A stretch of 64,000 bases of DNA from Candidatus Poribacteria bacterium (lineage in GTDB: Bacteria; Poribacteria; WGA-4E; WGA-3G), in assembly GCA_965197475.1 (NCBI GenBank), contig CBDANF010000003.1, forward strand, positions 1,984,001 through 2,048,000. Direction: 5' to 3'. This document shows, piece after piece, positions 29,389 through 39,796 of the stretch. The translations under genes were made by a program, and so were the position numbers. Positions within the stretch are counted from its first letter, which is position 1. Each line of letters starts with the position of its first letter. The notes beneath the pieces are model-generated. The model was not told where the DNA came from, ran no database searches, and was given only the letters and a program-made list of their open reading frames with translations.

Positions 29389-30231
29389 TTAGGATTCCAT
29401 CTTTCCTAAAGCTGCGGGGGGACGCGATCTACCGACAAGTCCGGCAAGCACAATCATAGTTAAAATATATGGAAAACTTTTTATCAACTGATCCGGTATT
29501 TTCCATTGGTTAGCAAGCTCTAAAGAACCTGCGAATCCGAAGAGAAGACATGCAGCAACCCCATAGAGCGGACGCCAATTACCGAATATGACTGCTGCTA
29601 ACGCTACATACCCTCTCCCTCCTATTATACCTTTGGTGAAGATATGGACATCGGATGTTAAAAAGCAACCACCAATTCCTGCAAGGATGCCGCTCAAGAT
29701 TACACCGAGATACTGCCACTTAGCGCGACTTAAGCTGAGCGTTTTGAGTGCCTCAGTTGATTCACCCGCAGCACGCAACCGCAACCCCCAAGGTGTTTTG
29801 AAAAGCGCAATATGGCTTGTCAACATCAATATAGGCACGAGGCACACAAGAATACTGTAGGAACCGATAATTGGCAGCTGCAACTCTGGTAACCCCGGTA
29901 CCCTTTCAGAGGTTGGCACGAGATACTCTATGATACCCAACGCCAGAATGTTAATCGCAATACCCGTGACAATTTGCTCAGCATGAAAAGTAATTGTGGC
30001 AACAGCATGCAACAATGCTAATGCAATCCCAAAACCGACACCAACAGATAATCCAACCCATGCTGAACCTGATGCCTGTGCACCGACTACATAACCGTAC
30101 GCTCCAATCAGCATCAAACCTTCCAAAGCGATATTAATAATACCTGAACGTTCGGAATAAATTCCACCGAGCGCAGCAAAACCTAACGGTGTTGTCATTC
30201 GTAATGTGCTTGGAATCAGTTCAAAAATCAT
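29389..30231 (-). CDS. Nucleoside/sugar ABC transporter permease (NupC-like)
   Basis: SERSGIINIALEGLML, GLRLRAAGE and GRGYVALAAVIFGNW. Confidence 0.88.
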   Translation of the reverse strand: MIFELIPSTLRMTTPLGFAALGGIYSERSGIINIALEGLMLIGAYGYVVGAQASGSAWVGLSVGVGFGIALALLHAVATITFHAEQIVTGIAINILALGIIEYLVPTSERVPGLPELQLPIIGSYSILVCLVPILMLTSHIALFKTPWGLRLRAAGESTEALKTLSLSRAKWQYLGVILSGILAGIGGCFLTSDVHIFTKGIIGGRGYVALAAVIFGNWRPLYGVAACLLFGFAGSLELANQWKIPDQLIKSFPYILTMIVLAGLVGRSRPPAALGKMES

Positions 30232-31325
30232 CCGTTATTTCTCTTTGAAAGACCTTCCATACAGACTAACCCGATAATCAATAATCCTTGACCAGCGAGA
30301 AATAAACCGCGCGGTACTTCTAAGGTAAGTTCAATATCCAAGGCAACTTTATTAAGTAAACCGAACAACAACGCAGCTGCAAAAACGCCAAATGGGTGAT
30401 TTCTTCCTAAAAGTGCAACAGCAATTCCAGTGAAACCCCAGCCAGATGAGAAACTATCTAAAAACCTATAATGATATCCCATAACGTCTGCGACACCTGC
30501 CAGTCCTGCAATTGCGCCACTAAGTGCCATTACCCACACAGTTACCACGCGAGGATTTATGCCGCCGTATGCTGCAACTTCTGGCGCGTTCCCAACTAAA
30601 CGGAGTTCATATCCCCACCGAGTATGCTTTAAAAAGATATAACAGATTACGACACAAAGACACGCTATCAGAAAACTGGCATCCAAAAGATTGCTCTGCG
30701 GAAGGAAAGGTAAAACACCAGCTAAACGGGGAAGTCGTGCTGCCTCATGAATCTGAGATGTTTGTGGAATCATCTGTCCGGGTTCACGGTAAACAGATGT
30801 GACAAGGAAATTCGTTAGGGCAAACGCAATGAAGTTCATCATAATTGTGTTAATAACTTCATGCGCGCCGAATTTCGCTTTTAGAAAGCCAGGTACTGCG
30901 CCCCAAGTAGCACCCCCAATTAGTGCAGCTGCTATGCAAAAGGGTATTAACAAAATTGAAGGTAGGTTCAGATGTATACCTACCCACGTAGCAGCAAAGG
31001 CAGCAACATAGAGTTGCCCTTCGCAACCGATATTAAACAATCCGCCCTTATATCCAATAGCGACAGCAAGACCGGTGAAAATTAGCGGTGTTGAATTAAA
31101 TAACACACTGCCGACTTCGTCAACACTGGAGAACCCACTGATTAAAATTGTCGTATAAAATTCCTTGGGGTTCTGCCCTCTCAAGATCAGCACAATCCCG
31201 CATAAAAGAAAAAATCCGCAGATAGCAAGTAGCTGCGGCAAACAGTTACCAAGCAATTGTCGAATCTGAAAAACTGTGTTATTGAACAGCTTATTAATGG
31301 ATTGGTGGATATTCAAAATTTTCAC
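30228..31325 (-). CDS. Nucleoside/sugar ABC transporter permease (NupB-like)
   Basis: GLFNIGCEGQ, HEVINTIMMNFI and GFTGIAVALLGRNHP. Confidence 0.88.
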   Translation of the reverse strand: MKILNIHQSINKLFNNTVFQIRQLLGNCLPQLLAICGFFLLCGIVLILRGQNPKEFYTTILISGFSSVDEVGSVLFNSTPLIFTGLAVAIGYKGGLFNIGCEGQLYVAAFAATWVGIHLNLPSILLIPFCIAAALIGGATWGAVPGFLKAKFGAHEVINTIMMNFIAFALTNFLVTSVYREPGQMIPQTSQIHEAARLPRLAGVLPFLPQSNLLDASFLIACLCVVICYIFLKHTRWGYELRLVGNAPEVAAYGGINPRVVTVWVMALSGAIAGLAGVADVMGYHYRFLDSFSSGWGFTGIAVALLGRNHPFGVFAAALLFGLLNKVALDIELTLEVPRGLFLAGQGLLIIGLVCMEGLSKRNNG

Positions 31326-31353
31326 AGAAATGTGAAATCTAAGTCACAAAAAA

Positions 31354-31382
31354 TTGACAGTTAATCTCAAACGTGATATTAT
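31354..31382 (+). promoter_or_regulatory. Sigma-70 promoter (rightward)
   Basis: TTGACA, 17-nt spacer, TATTAT with TGn extension. Confidence 0.65.
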
Positions 31383-31446
31383 GTATTAGGTATAAACGCT
31401 GATAAGACTTACATCGTTTTCTATTTATCAAGCTACAACTTGTGTC

Positions 31447-31475
31447 AGTATAGCACAGATTAGGTATTAAAACAA
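31447..31475 (-). promoter_or_regulatory. Sigma-70 promoter (leftward, ABC permeases)
   Basis: On the - strand: TTGTTT, 17-nt spacer, TATACT with TGn extension. Confidence 0.5.
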
Positions 31476-31491
31476 TTTGTTTTAATACCTA
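31461..31491. repeat. Perfect 15-bp-arm palindrome (operator or hairpin)
   Basis: taggtattaaaacaa-t-ttgttttaataccta. Confidence 0.8.
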
Positions 31492-31706
31492 CCAATTTCA
31501 AATTTTGGTAGGAGTGAACGGGTTGCTTTTTATCAAGACATTTACTACGCACCAGAATAGCCAGTTCTTCTTTCGAATGCTTGACACACATAGTGCACAT
31601 CCGACAAGTCTGTGAAAGGCGTTTTTGACCCCATATTTAAGATTGATTCATCCCTCTATTTACTCATACTACAAAACCTTCATAAAATCAAGACGCAAGG
31701 CAAAAT

Positions 31707-33140
31707 ATGATGAAAAACGTGCAACTATCTAACGCTAAGATTGACACAAAAAACTTTCCCGCAGCTTTGGGGGGAACGCCTGTATTTGAAATATCAGAAG
31801 AGGCACCATTTCCGAAACTGGATCAATGGCAGCAAATCACCGAAGCAGAAGCACAGGTTGCTTACGAAATGACGCTACGGAACGAACTGTCTGGCAGGTC
31901 TCCCACTGTTCAGGAATTTGAGCGAGTATGGCGCAACAGACACCAGACTCAATTCACCATGAGTCTGAGCAACGGAACTGCTGCAATACATAGTGCAATG
32001 TTTGGCCTCGGGGTTGGACCTGGCGATGAGGTTATCTGTCCTACCTATACATGGATGGGGTCTATAACGCCTGCTTTAATGTTGATGGCAAGACCTGTCT
32101 TTTGTGAAGTTGATCCCACAACATTGCTCATTGATGTAGATGATGTTCGGCAGCGCATTACGACGCGGACAAAAGCGATTGTCGCAGTACATCTGTGGGG
32201 TAACGTGTGCGATATGGATGCGTTGATGACACTCAGCAAGGAGACTGGTATTCCTGTGATAGAAGATTGCTCACACGCGCATGGTGCTTCTTACAAAGAG
32301 AAACCGTGTGGCAGTATCGGACAAGTGGGAGCATGGAGTATGCAGGGGAGCAAAGCAGTGTGTGCGGGAGAAGGCGGGATGCTTGCCACTAATGGTGCCA
32401 CGGTTTTCGAACGTGCTTGTTTATTAGGTCAAGTCAATCGTGCCATCAGTAGTATAGGAGACCCTGTGTTGGATCCGGATGTTCTTAATTACACACATTT
32501 GCCACCTATGGGGTTAGGTGTAAAATATCGCGCGCATCCGTTAGCAATTGGCATCGCCACTGTACAGTTAGAGAAATTAGATGAACTCAACGCAAACCGT
32601 CGCGCGTATATTCAGGAAATCACAAACGGATTGCAGGATATTCCGGGGGTATGCTCTGTTGCGCGATATGCGGGAGCGGAGCCTGCAGGATTCTTTGGAT
32701 TTCCTATCCACTACATTGAAGAAGAGATGCATGGGCTTCCGGCACCAGCGTTTGCTGAGGTTTTAAGGAAAGAAGGTGTTTTAGCAAATAACAATCCCTA
32801 CCCGCTCATCGTCGGTGACGGGGTGCCTGTTTTTTCAGGGAGTTTACCAACGAATAGTAATCCGTATCCACTACTGCATACGCTTCCGCTCTTTACAAAA
32901 GGGCTTGATATTTTTACAAATGGACGTGGTTCTCTCTGTACATCTGAGATGGAGGGAGATTTTGAAGGATATGCCGCAGGGGACCTACCAATTACTGAGA
33001 AAGCTTGTTCGCAGTTGATATTTTTACCACTTTTAACGGAGCCGGTCCCAGAGGCAGCTGAACGGATACTTACGGCAATACGCAAGATTTCTAATCACGC
33101 TGAACTTTTAGCCAATACCCTAAAAAATAGAGTGGTATAG
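31707..33140 (+). CDS. DegT/DnrJ/EryC1/StrS PLP aminotransferase
   Basis: NGTAAI, GPGDEVI, VHLWG, IEDCSHAHG and SMQGSK...GEGG. Confidence 0.9.
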   Translation: MMKNVQLSNAKIDTKNFPAALGGTPVFEISEEAPFPKLDQWQQITEAEAQVAYEMTLRNELSGRSPTVQEFERVWRNRHQTQFTMSLSNGTAAIHSAMFGLGVGPGDEVICPTYTWMGSITPALMLMARPVFCEVDPTTLLIDVDDVRQRITTRTKAIVAVHLWGNVCDMDALMTLSKETGIPVIEDCSHAHGASYKEKPCGSIGQVGAWSMQGSKAVCAGEGGMLATNGATVFERACLLGQVNRAISSIGDPVLDPDVLNYTHLPPMGLGVKYRAHPLAIGIATVQLEKLDELNANRRAYIQEITNGLQDIPGVCSVARYAGAEPAGFFGFPIHYIEEEMHGLPAPAFAEVLRKEGVLANNNPYPLIVGDGVPVFSGSLPTNSNPYPLLHTLPLFTKGLDIFTNGRGSLCTSEMEGDFEGYAAGDLPITEKACSQLIFLPLLTEPVPEAAERILTAIRKISNHAELLANTLKNRVV

Positions 33141-33189
33141 AATCGTTCAAGAGTTACGATTTCTTTACGTCATACGAAACTACGAAAAC

Positions 33190-34218
33190 ATGAACTTGTA
33201 CCGTTTTGGTAATCCGGACTTCCTCTTTTTCCTATGGGTCGGGTTGCCGCTTTTAATTCTGTTGCTTCTGTTTGGATTGCGAATGAAGCGTAAAGCGATG
33301 CTGCAATTCCAAAGCAGTGTGAATGCAACGTATCTGATACGACATAAAGTCCAAGCGGTGTTGTTGATGTTGGGTTATTTTCTCATGACCATCGGGATGG
33401 CACGTCCACAGTGGGGTGCTAAACCTGAAACAGTCGCTGAAAGACTTGATGTGATGCTTGCACTGGATATTTCTACCAGCATGCTTGCAACAGACGGCAA
33501 CTCTGCCCGAAGGCTAAATCAGGCTAAAGAAACCATGTTCTCTTTGTTGGAACAGCTTGAAGGTGATCGTGTCGGTTTACTCTACTTTGCCGAAGCGAGT
33601 ATCGTGGCATGTCCTTTGACGAGCGATGTTAGTACGCTCAGAGAATTCTTAGCAGCAATGACCCCCGAAACACTTGTCCATAGAGGCACCCGTATCAGCA
33701 ATGCGATAGAGATAGCAATTGATCGGTTTATTTCAAATCAAAGCGAGTTGACAACAGATGCCGATTCCAAAGCACAAAAAGTGCTAATTCTTTTTTCGGA
33801 CGGTGAGGATCATGGGCAAGATGCCATTGCGGCAGCAAAAGCAGCAAAAAGGGAGGGTGTGTATATCTATTGTGTCGGTGTTGGCTCTTCCGACAAATCT
33901 GTTCCGATACCACTTGCTGTTGAAAGCCCGGGATACAAGCGGGATGTCAGTGGAGAACTAGTCTTAACGGCTTTAGATGCGGAACGTTTGCGCGAAATTG
34001 CTAAAGCGGGAAATGGGAACTATTACCATGCAAACGCAGGTATTGCACAATTAATGACTGACCTATCACGACTTGAAAAGCAGAAATATAGGATTCGTTC
34101 TGATGGCGAATATCAGGAACGTTTCCAGTGGTTTGTAGGGTTGGTACTAATTCTCCTGGTAACAGAATTGCTGTCTGAGAAATGGATAAACAAAAAGGAG
34201 GGTAGAAGAGACTTCTGA
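33190..34218 (+). CDS. batB: VWA-domain membrane protein, BatB-like
   Basis: ARPQWG, MIDAS DISTSM, GDRVGL, PLTSD, SDGEDH and a C-terminal YQERFQWF plus TM. Confidence 0.8.
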   Translation: MNLYRFGNPDFLFFLWVGLPLLILLLLFGLRMKRKAMLQFQSSVNATYLIRHKVQAVLLMLGYFLMTIGMARPQWGAKPETVAERLDVMLALDISTSMLATDGNSARRLNQAKETMFSLLEQLEGDRVGLLYFAEASIVACPLTSDVSTLREFLAAMTPETLVHRGTRISNAIEIAIDRFISNQSELTTDADSKAQKVLILFSDGEDHGQDAIAAAKAAKREGVYIYCVGVGSSDKSVPIPLAVESPGYKRDVSGELVLTALDAERLREIAKAGNGNYYHANAGIAQLMTDLSRLEKQKYRIRSDGEYQERFQWFVGLVLILLVTELLSEKWINKKEGRRDF

Positions 34219-34250
34219 GGCATGATCTCTTGATTCAATTTTAATGTAAC

Positions 34251-35303
34251 TTATGATTTCTTGAAAATCAACCCCGCTGGACGATAGCGCATCAACAAGA
34301 CTAAAATAATACCAAAGATTAGATAACGTGCCCCAGATAAATCAGGTAACTCGGGGGGCAATTGCCGAATAACCACACGTAAGACTTCACTTAAGGCTCC
34401 TATGATAACTGCACCTATTATTGAACCTTTAATGCTCCCTTTACCGCCCAAGATAACCATGCAGAGAATGAGGATGGACTCCCAGAATTCAAACGTTCGT
34501 GCACTAAGGTTTGCCCAAAACTGTGCTAAGAACGCACCGCCAAGTGCACCGACAGCTGCACTGGTAGCAAAAGCAAGCGATTTGTATTGACTGACATTGA
34601 TCCCCATAGATGCTGCTGCTTGCTCATCTTCACGGATAGCAATCCATGCCCTTCCCACACGAGAATGTTGTAACCGATAAGAAACAAATATAACCATACC
34701 AAGCAAGACAATAATATGATAATAGTGTTGCCAATTTTGATTGAGTTCCATTCCAAAAATGGAAGCTCGGGGAATACTTTGCACAAATCCATTGATGTCT
34801 CTAATCAACCAGATTTCATTTTTGACAATACGAAATAGCACCTCCGCAAATCCAAAAGTAACAATAGCAAAATAGTCGCCAGTAAGTCGTAATGTAGGCG
34901 CACCCCGAATTAATCCCCAAAGAGCACCGTTGAGGGTAGCTAACGGTAATACCAACCAGTAACTAAACCCGAGATGTTTCATCAAGAGTCCGGCAGTGTA
35001 TCCACCAACGAGATAAAACGCAACATATCCGAGATCAAGCAATCCTGTATATCCACAAACGATATTTAATCCAACTGCAAGGAGTATGTAGACGCAGACC
35101 TGAACAGAGATGTAGACTATATAATCTCCAGCCGGAATAGGGAGGTGGATATTCCAATTAGAAAAAAAATTGGCTATAGCGTCTATGCCGTAAGTGAGTA
35201 ACGGAAAAAAGCAGATCAGAAGACAGAAAACTATGTTTTTCGGTGTTAACTCACTTTGCAACCAAGGAATTACGTTTTTGGGTGTTAATTTATCTTGCAT
35301 CAT
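34251..35303 (-). CDS. livM: Branched-chain amino acid ABC permease
   Basis: GLNIVCGYTGLLDLGYVAFY, LRLTGDYFAIVTFGF and GRAWIAIREDE. Confidence 0.9.
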   Translation of the reverse strand: MMQDKLTPKNVIPWLQSELTPKNIVFCLLICFFPLLTYGIDAIANFFSNWNIHLPIPAGDYIVYISVQVCVYILLAVGLNIVCGYTGLLDLGYVAFYLVGGYTAGLLMKHLGFSYWLVLPLATLNGALWGLIRGAPTLRLTGDYFAIVTFGFAEVLFRIVKNEIWLIRDINGFVQSIPRASIFGMELNQNWQHYYHIIVLLGMVIFVSYRLQHSRVGRAWIAIREDEQAAASMGINVSQYKSLAFATSAAVGALGGAFLAQFWANLSARTFEFWESILILCMVILGGKGSIKGSIIGAVIIGALSEVLRVVIRQLPPELPDLSGARYLIFGIILVLLMRYRPAGLIFKKS

Positions 35304-35349
35304 ACTCTATACCTTAAACCAGTACCGATATATTAAGATAACTCCAATT

Positions 35350-36381
35350 TTATGCCCGATGGGCAGAGGATTTTCCAAACAGTCCTGTAGGACGGATCAA
35401 AATGACTATAATCATAACAATATAGGAAATAGCAACTCGATACCCAGAACCATAACTATTGGAAATACTTCCCGCTTCATACATTTCACCAAGCCCAATG
35501 TTATGACAAACAAACTCAATCACCGGATCTATATATCCCGCTCCAAAGACTTCTGCCATACCCATGAGGAGCCCTCCGACCATTGCACCAGTGATATTTC
35601 CAATTCCCCCGAGGACTGCAGCGGCAAACGCTGCGACACCTTTATGGAATCCCATCAACGGTCCAATATTTTCACGAACACCTACCATCACACCAGCAAC
35701 TGCGCCTAAGGCAGAACCGATAGCAAACGTTATTGCAATGACTTGATTAGTTTTGACACCCATCAAATTGGCAGCAACTCGATTTTGAGCGCATGCCCGC
35801 ATTGCTTTGCCTATCTTTGTTAAGGAGACTAACCGGTTTAAGGCAATCATTAAAACAAGTGCAAGGAGAAAAATAGAAAGGTCAAGGTACGCTAAAGAAA
35901 TATTCTCGGAGAATTTTATTGCGGTTTCAGTGAACGTTGCCCCTAAAAAGGAGAAGATCGGTTGAGGTTCGACTAATGGTGAAACCTGTCGGAAGTAGGA
36001 TGGTAGAGACTCATCTAAAAAAGTTTGTGGTTTCGCTCCCCAGATAATCCTGACAAGATTTTGCAATCCGATCGAGACACCGATCGCTGTAATTAATGCT
36101 GATAGTCGCGGTGCCTCACGGAGAGGTCGGTAGGCGACCATATCCATCAACATTCCTATTCCAGCACAGAGAAGCATACTAACGAGTATAGCAGCCCAAA
36201 GTGGTACAGGAAGAAACATGACCAAGGTGAAGGCAAAGTAAGCACCCAACATGAAAATCTCACCATGGGCAAAGTTAATCAATTGGATGATTCCATAAAC
36301 CATGGTATAACCGACAGCAATAAGGGCATAAATCCCACCAAGGACCAAGCCATTAATCAATTGCTGTAAAAATTGATCCAT
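35350..36381 (-). CDS. livH: Branched-chain amino acid ABC permease
   Basis: YALIAVGYTMVYGIIQLINFAHGE and AAVLGGIG. Confidence 0.92.
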   Translation of the reverse strand: MDQFLQQLINGLVLGGIYALIAVGYTMVYGIIQLINFAHGEIFMLGAYFAFTLVMFLPVPLWAAILVSMLLCAGIGMLMDMVAYRPLREAPRLSALITAIGVSIGLQNLVRIIWGAKPQTFLDESLPSYFRQVSPLVEPQPIFSFLGATFTETAIKFSENISLAYLDLSIFLLALVLMIALNRLVSLTKIGKAMRACAQNRVAANLMGVKTNQVIAITFAIGSALGAVAGVMVGVRENIGPLMGFHKGVAAFAAAVLGGIGNITGAMVGGLLMGMAEVFGAGYIDPVIEFVCHNIGLGEMYEAGSISNSYGSGYRVAISYIVMIIVILIRPTGLFGKSSAHRA

Positions 36382-36481
36382 AATTCAAATTCCTCATGTT
36401 GTCGAATTAAAACAATTTATGGAAACAGTTCTTTCAAATTTGTCTACCATATTTTAAACACAGCGAAACCGGAACACGAAA

Positions 36482-37699
36482 TTATTCATGAGATCCTAAG
36501 TTAGTCATTTGTTGAGGAGCTGTTGTAAATTTACCATCTTTAACTATTTTGACGTAGGCAGGTTTATTGACAGTGTCACCATTTATATCAAAATAGGTTA
36601 ATCCGGTAATGCCTTTGTACCCCTCTTCTGGTGTATCCAATGATGCCAAATAATCACGGATAGCTTTTCGATTTATGTCGAATGCAGACTCTTTCTGATA
36701 CGTTTTTTCAATTGCTTCAGCAATCATGCCCAACGCATCATAAGTTAACGCTGCCCATGTATCAGGTGAAACACCGAACTCTGCCTCAAATGCTGCAGCG
36801 ACCTTGGATGCTTCTTCTCCACCTGCTCCAAATGTAAATGGTGTAGTCAAATAAGTTCCGTCTGCGGCGGCACCTGCATTTTTCAGGAAATCAGGGGAAT
36901 CCACACCATCGGCACCAAAAAATTGCGCCTTGATTCCAATCTTCCTCGCTTGTCTTACAATTAAGGCTGCTTCGCCATAAAGACCAGAAATAAAAATTAC
37001 GTCAGGTTTTTTTCCTTTAATACTGGTGAGCTGTGCCGTAAAATCCGTATTTTCACGATCATAAGATACTGAAGTCACAACCTTGAGTCCTATTTTTTTC
37101 GCTTCTTCAACGAATGCATCTCTAAGGCCTCTACCGTAGTCATCGTTGTCAAAGAGTACCCCAACGGATTGAAACTGGGTTAAGACATTCTTAATATATC
37201 TTGCGATGAATTGACCTTGAAAATCGTCTCTATACAAATTTCGAAACGTCCAGTCGCTACCTTCACATACACTGACATTTGTGGAACCGGGTGACAATTC
37301 AACGATTCCATTATCTTTGTATATATCTTTTCCAGCTAAAGAACATGAACTATTAAAATGCCCAACAACAGCAAGAATCCGTTTGTCAGTCGCAAAACTT
37401 GTAGCAACAAGTTTTGCTTCTTTGTCGGTGCCAGCATCATCTCCAAAAGAAAGGACAAGTTTCATGCCGTTGATGCCCCCCACTTCATTTATCTGTTTTG
37501 CTTTTAGTTGAGCACCTTTTTTAATCATTTCCCCGAATGCCGCAGCAGTGCCTGTAAAAGGTCCTGCAACAGCAACTTTTAACTCTTGCTGTGCTTCCTG
37601 CGTATTATCCTGTATTTCTTCAGTTTTCTTGTCTGGCGGTTGGCATCCCCATACGGATAGAAGTCCCACTACCAGCAACCCTACGAGCCAATTTCTCAT
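36482..37699 (-). CDS. livK: Branched-chain amino acid ABC substrate-binding lipoprotein
   Basis: Lipobox VWGC, GPFTG, VVGHFNSS and DYGRGL. Confidence 0.88.
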   Translation of the reverse strand: MRNWLVGLLVVGLLSVWGCQPPDKKTEEIQDNTQEAQQELKVAVAGPFTGTAAAFGEMIKKGAQLKAKQINEVGGINGMKLVLSFGDDAGTDKEAKLVATSFATDKRILAVVGHFNSSCSLAGKDIYKDNGIVELSPGSTNVSVCEGSDWTFRNLYRDDFQGQFIARYIKNVLTQFQSVGVLFDNDDYGRGLRDAFVEEAKKIGLKVVTSVSYDRENTDFTAQLTSIKGKKPDVIFISGLYGEAALIVRQARKIGIKAQFFGADGVDSPDFLKNAGAAADGTYLTTPFTFGAGGEEASKVAAAFEAEFGVSPDTWAALTYDALGMIAEAIEKTYQKESAFDINRKAIRDYLASLDTPEEGYKGITGLTYFDINGDTVNKPAYVKIVKDGKFTTAPQQMTNLGSHE

Positions 37700-37713
37700 T
37701 TGCCTATACTCCC

Positions 37714-38496
37714 TTATTCTACAGCAGATTTCTCTGCAACGACTTGCCTAAAGTCAAATTTAAATTCCAATTTTTCCTGCTTGTCATCTGAGTGGACTAC
37801 GCGAACTTCGGACACGACAATCCTCATATCTGTCGTATCAAGGTTAAGTCGATCAAAGATTAAGAGGCCACGCCGCTTAGCACCTCGGAACAACTTTCCA
37901 CTTTCAAATAGACTCTCCGCAACGACTGCTTTTCCTTCCTCCAATGCTGCAATATCCAAGTAGGTTTGGCTATATGGATAATGGTTACGATAGAGAGGAT
38001 GGTAATGCGGATATGTTCTTGTGGGTACAGTATTCTGCTCAGAACGAGTCACGTTGTCGTAGAGGTCTTCAAAGTAATCGTAAGGAAGGTTTGCATATTG
38101 CGCACCGTTCCGATCAATAAGCATTGCTGACTCCTCAACCAAAACCCGTGGGGTATCAAGGTTGTGAACAGTCATTTCAAAAACTGTATAGATAGGTTCA
38201 ACATTACCATCTCTTCCTACAATCAGATAAGGATTAATGCGCGGATCATCAGTAAGTGCAAAAATCTCTACCTCATCAAGCGGTTCAATGGTAACAGCAA
38301 CCCCTTTTTGTTGAATGGTAACAGCACCTGTTTCAGAATCCACTTTGGCGTTTGTGTGTCCTTCAACCGGTTCGATATAGACTTCAACTAACGGTTGGGG
38401 TACTACCGCACATCCAGCCAATAATCCTCCGACTAAAATCAGTATGCCGCAGCGTAAGAATATTGTTTGCATGTTGCTCAGAATTTGATACGTCAT
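37714..38496 (-). CDS. Hypothetical lipoprotein
   Basis: RBS AGGAGG before ATG 38496 and lipobox LLAGC. Confidence 0.7.
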   Translation of the reverse strand: MTYQILSNMQTIFLRCGILILVGGLLAGCAVVPQPLVEVYIEPVEGHTNAKVDSETGAVTIQQKGVAVTIEPLDEVEIFALTDDPRINPYLIVGRDGNVEPIYTVFEMTVHNLDTPRVLVEESAMLIDRNGAQYANLPYDYFEDLYDNVTRSEQNTVPTRTYPHYHPLYRNHYPYSQTYLDIAALEEGKAVVAESLFESGKLFRGAKRRGLLIFDRLNLDTTDMRIVVSEVRVVHSDDKQEKLEFKFDFRQVVAEKSAVE

Positions 38497-38536
38497 GAAC
38501 TTTGGCCTCCTTTTCAACGTGATTTCTAATTATATT

Positions 38537-39796
38537 TTACACAATGCGAGTTTTTTTGTCAACGTTTTTATCAGTTTTCTCTAACTTTTGATAATATGAT
38601 GTCAAATTCAAGACAAGTCCGCTCCAAATGCATGATACTATCATAGCTACAATTGAGAACGCTGCACCCGGAATTGTTATTACAACCAGACGTATCAATT
38701 CAATCATACCAGCACTTCCCCCTTTTGCAAAACGGTATCCAAAAGAATCGATAATCTGTTTAGCACGGTATCTTTCATCATAAGAGAGCGGCATATAGAA
38801 CAATTCTTTGGCACCACGAAATAGTGAATAGTCAAGTGCTTTAAACGTTAGAAAGGCTCTTGCACCAGTGCGAAGCGATGGTTTTAGAGTTAGAATAAGA
38901 CCATTGAGCAGATGAACTATTGGTATACTGATATGAATAATTTTCAAAGAGACGAATCGGAGTGCAATCGGCACAACAATCAGTTGCATAATTGCTGATA
39001 TTGCCCCAAGCATCGCATAAAAGTTACCGAAATACGCTGTTCTGGTATCTGTAACAGGAATCTCCGTTTCCACCAGACCTTTGAATCGAAGTTCAAGGAC
39101 AGTTGAGATGACTTGAGTACTTAGAATCAGCAGACCTATGAATACCAAATATTTAGAACTAAAAAACGTTTTCAGACCTAAGTGTCCACGTCGTCCGCCT
39201 TCTTCAGCAACAGTCGGTTGCGGTTCTCCAGCAAGGGTGTAAGCGATAATGCCAAAAATCGCTGCTGGTATGAGGGAGCCAGCAGTGAATAAAAGTAGTT
39301 TTTCTGAACCTAAAGTTTCTGCCCATCTTGCAACAAGCATCCCTCCCACAACGGAGCCAACTGAGGCAATCGCACAAAAAGGCCCATTAATGATTTTCGC
39401 TTGTTTAGAGGTAAGAGTGCTGTTTACGAAAGACCAAAATTGTTCAATGATGATTACAATGTACGCTTCACGAAAAACATAAATTATAGCAGCAGCGAAA
39501 TCTATTTCCCTCGAAAGTGCTATATAGCACCCTAAGATCAAAGCTCCTGATAGAACGGAGGTAATCGCTAAGGTGCGTGTTGCACCTATCCACGAAAGCA
39601 AACGTCCATAAATGTAGAGAATCAGAAGGACACTTGGTGGGACAGCCACCATAGCGCGTGGAAGATTCTCCGCTGTGTATACCTCAATGAATAGGGAATC
39701 TGAAACAGCGCGGATAAATTCATAACCACACAAGAGGAAACTCGCAGCAGCAGAGATTGAAAGCGTAGCAAAAAGGATACGTCTTGGAAACATCAA
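38537..39796 (-). CDS. Npt1/Npt2 (TLC, ATP/ADP translocase-like) MFS transporter
   Basis: About 12 TMs. EQFWSFVNSTL...QAK and KALDYSLFRGAKELFYMPLSYDERYRAKQIID..GYR.AKG match the TLC family pattern. Confidence 0.75.
   Translation of the reverse strand: MMFPRRILFATLSISAAASFLLCGYEFIRAVSDSLFIEVYTAENLPRAMVAVPPSVLLILYIYGRLLSWIGATRTLAITSVLSGALILGCYIALSREIDFAAAIIYVFREAYIVIIIEQFWSFVNSTLTSKQAKIINGPFCAIASVGSVVGGMLVARWAETLGSEKLLLFTAGSLIPAAIFGIIAYTLAGEPQPTVAEEGGRRGHLGLKTFFSSKYLVFIGLLILSTQVISTVLELRFKGLVETEIPVTDTRTAYFGNFYAMLGAISAIMQLIVVPIALRFVSLKIIHISIPIVHLLNGLILTLKPSLRTGARAFLTFKALDYSLFRGAKELFYMPLSYDERYRAKQIIDSFGYRFAKGGSAGMIELIRLVVITIPGAAFSIVAMIVSCIWSGLVLNLTSYYQKLEKTDKNVDKKTRIV

Noticed and set aside
31497-31635. 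Short - strand frame containing RKKNWLF, reminiscent of IS66 transposase GRKNWLF
   Set aside because: Only a few residues match, with no other transposase motifs or IS ends. Likely chance.
29389-37699. ABC systems lacking ATPase genes (nup permeases; livKHM without livGF)
   Set aside because: Split ABC operons are common and the missing genes may lie elsewhere in the genome, which cannot be judged from this window.
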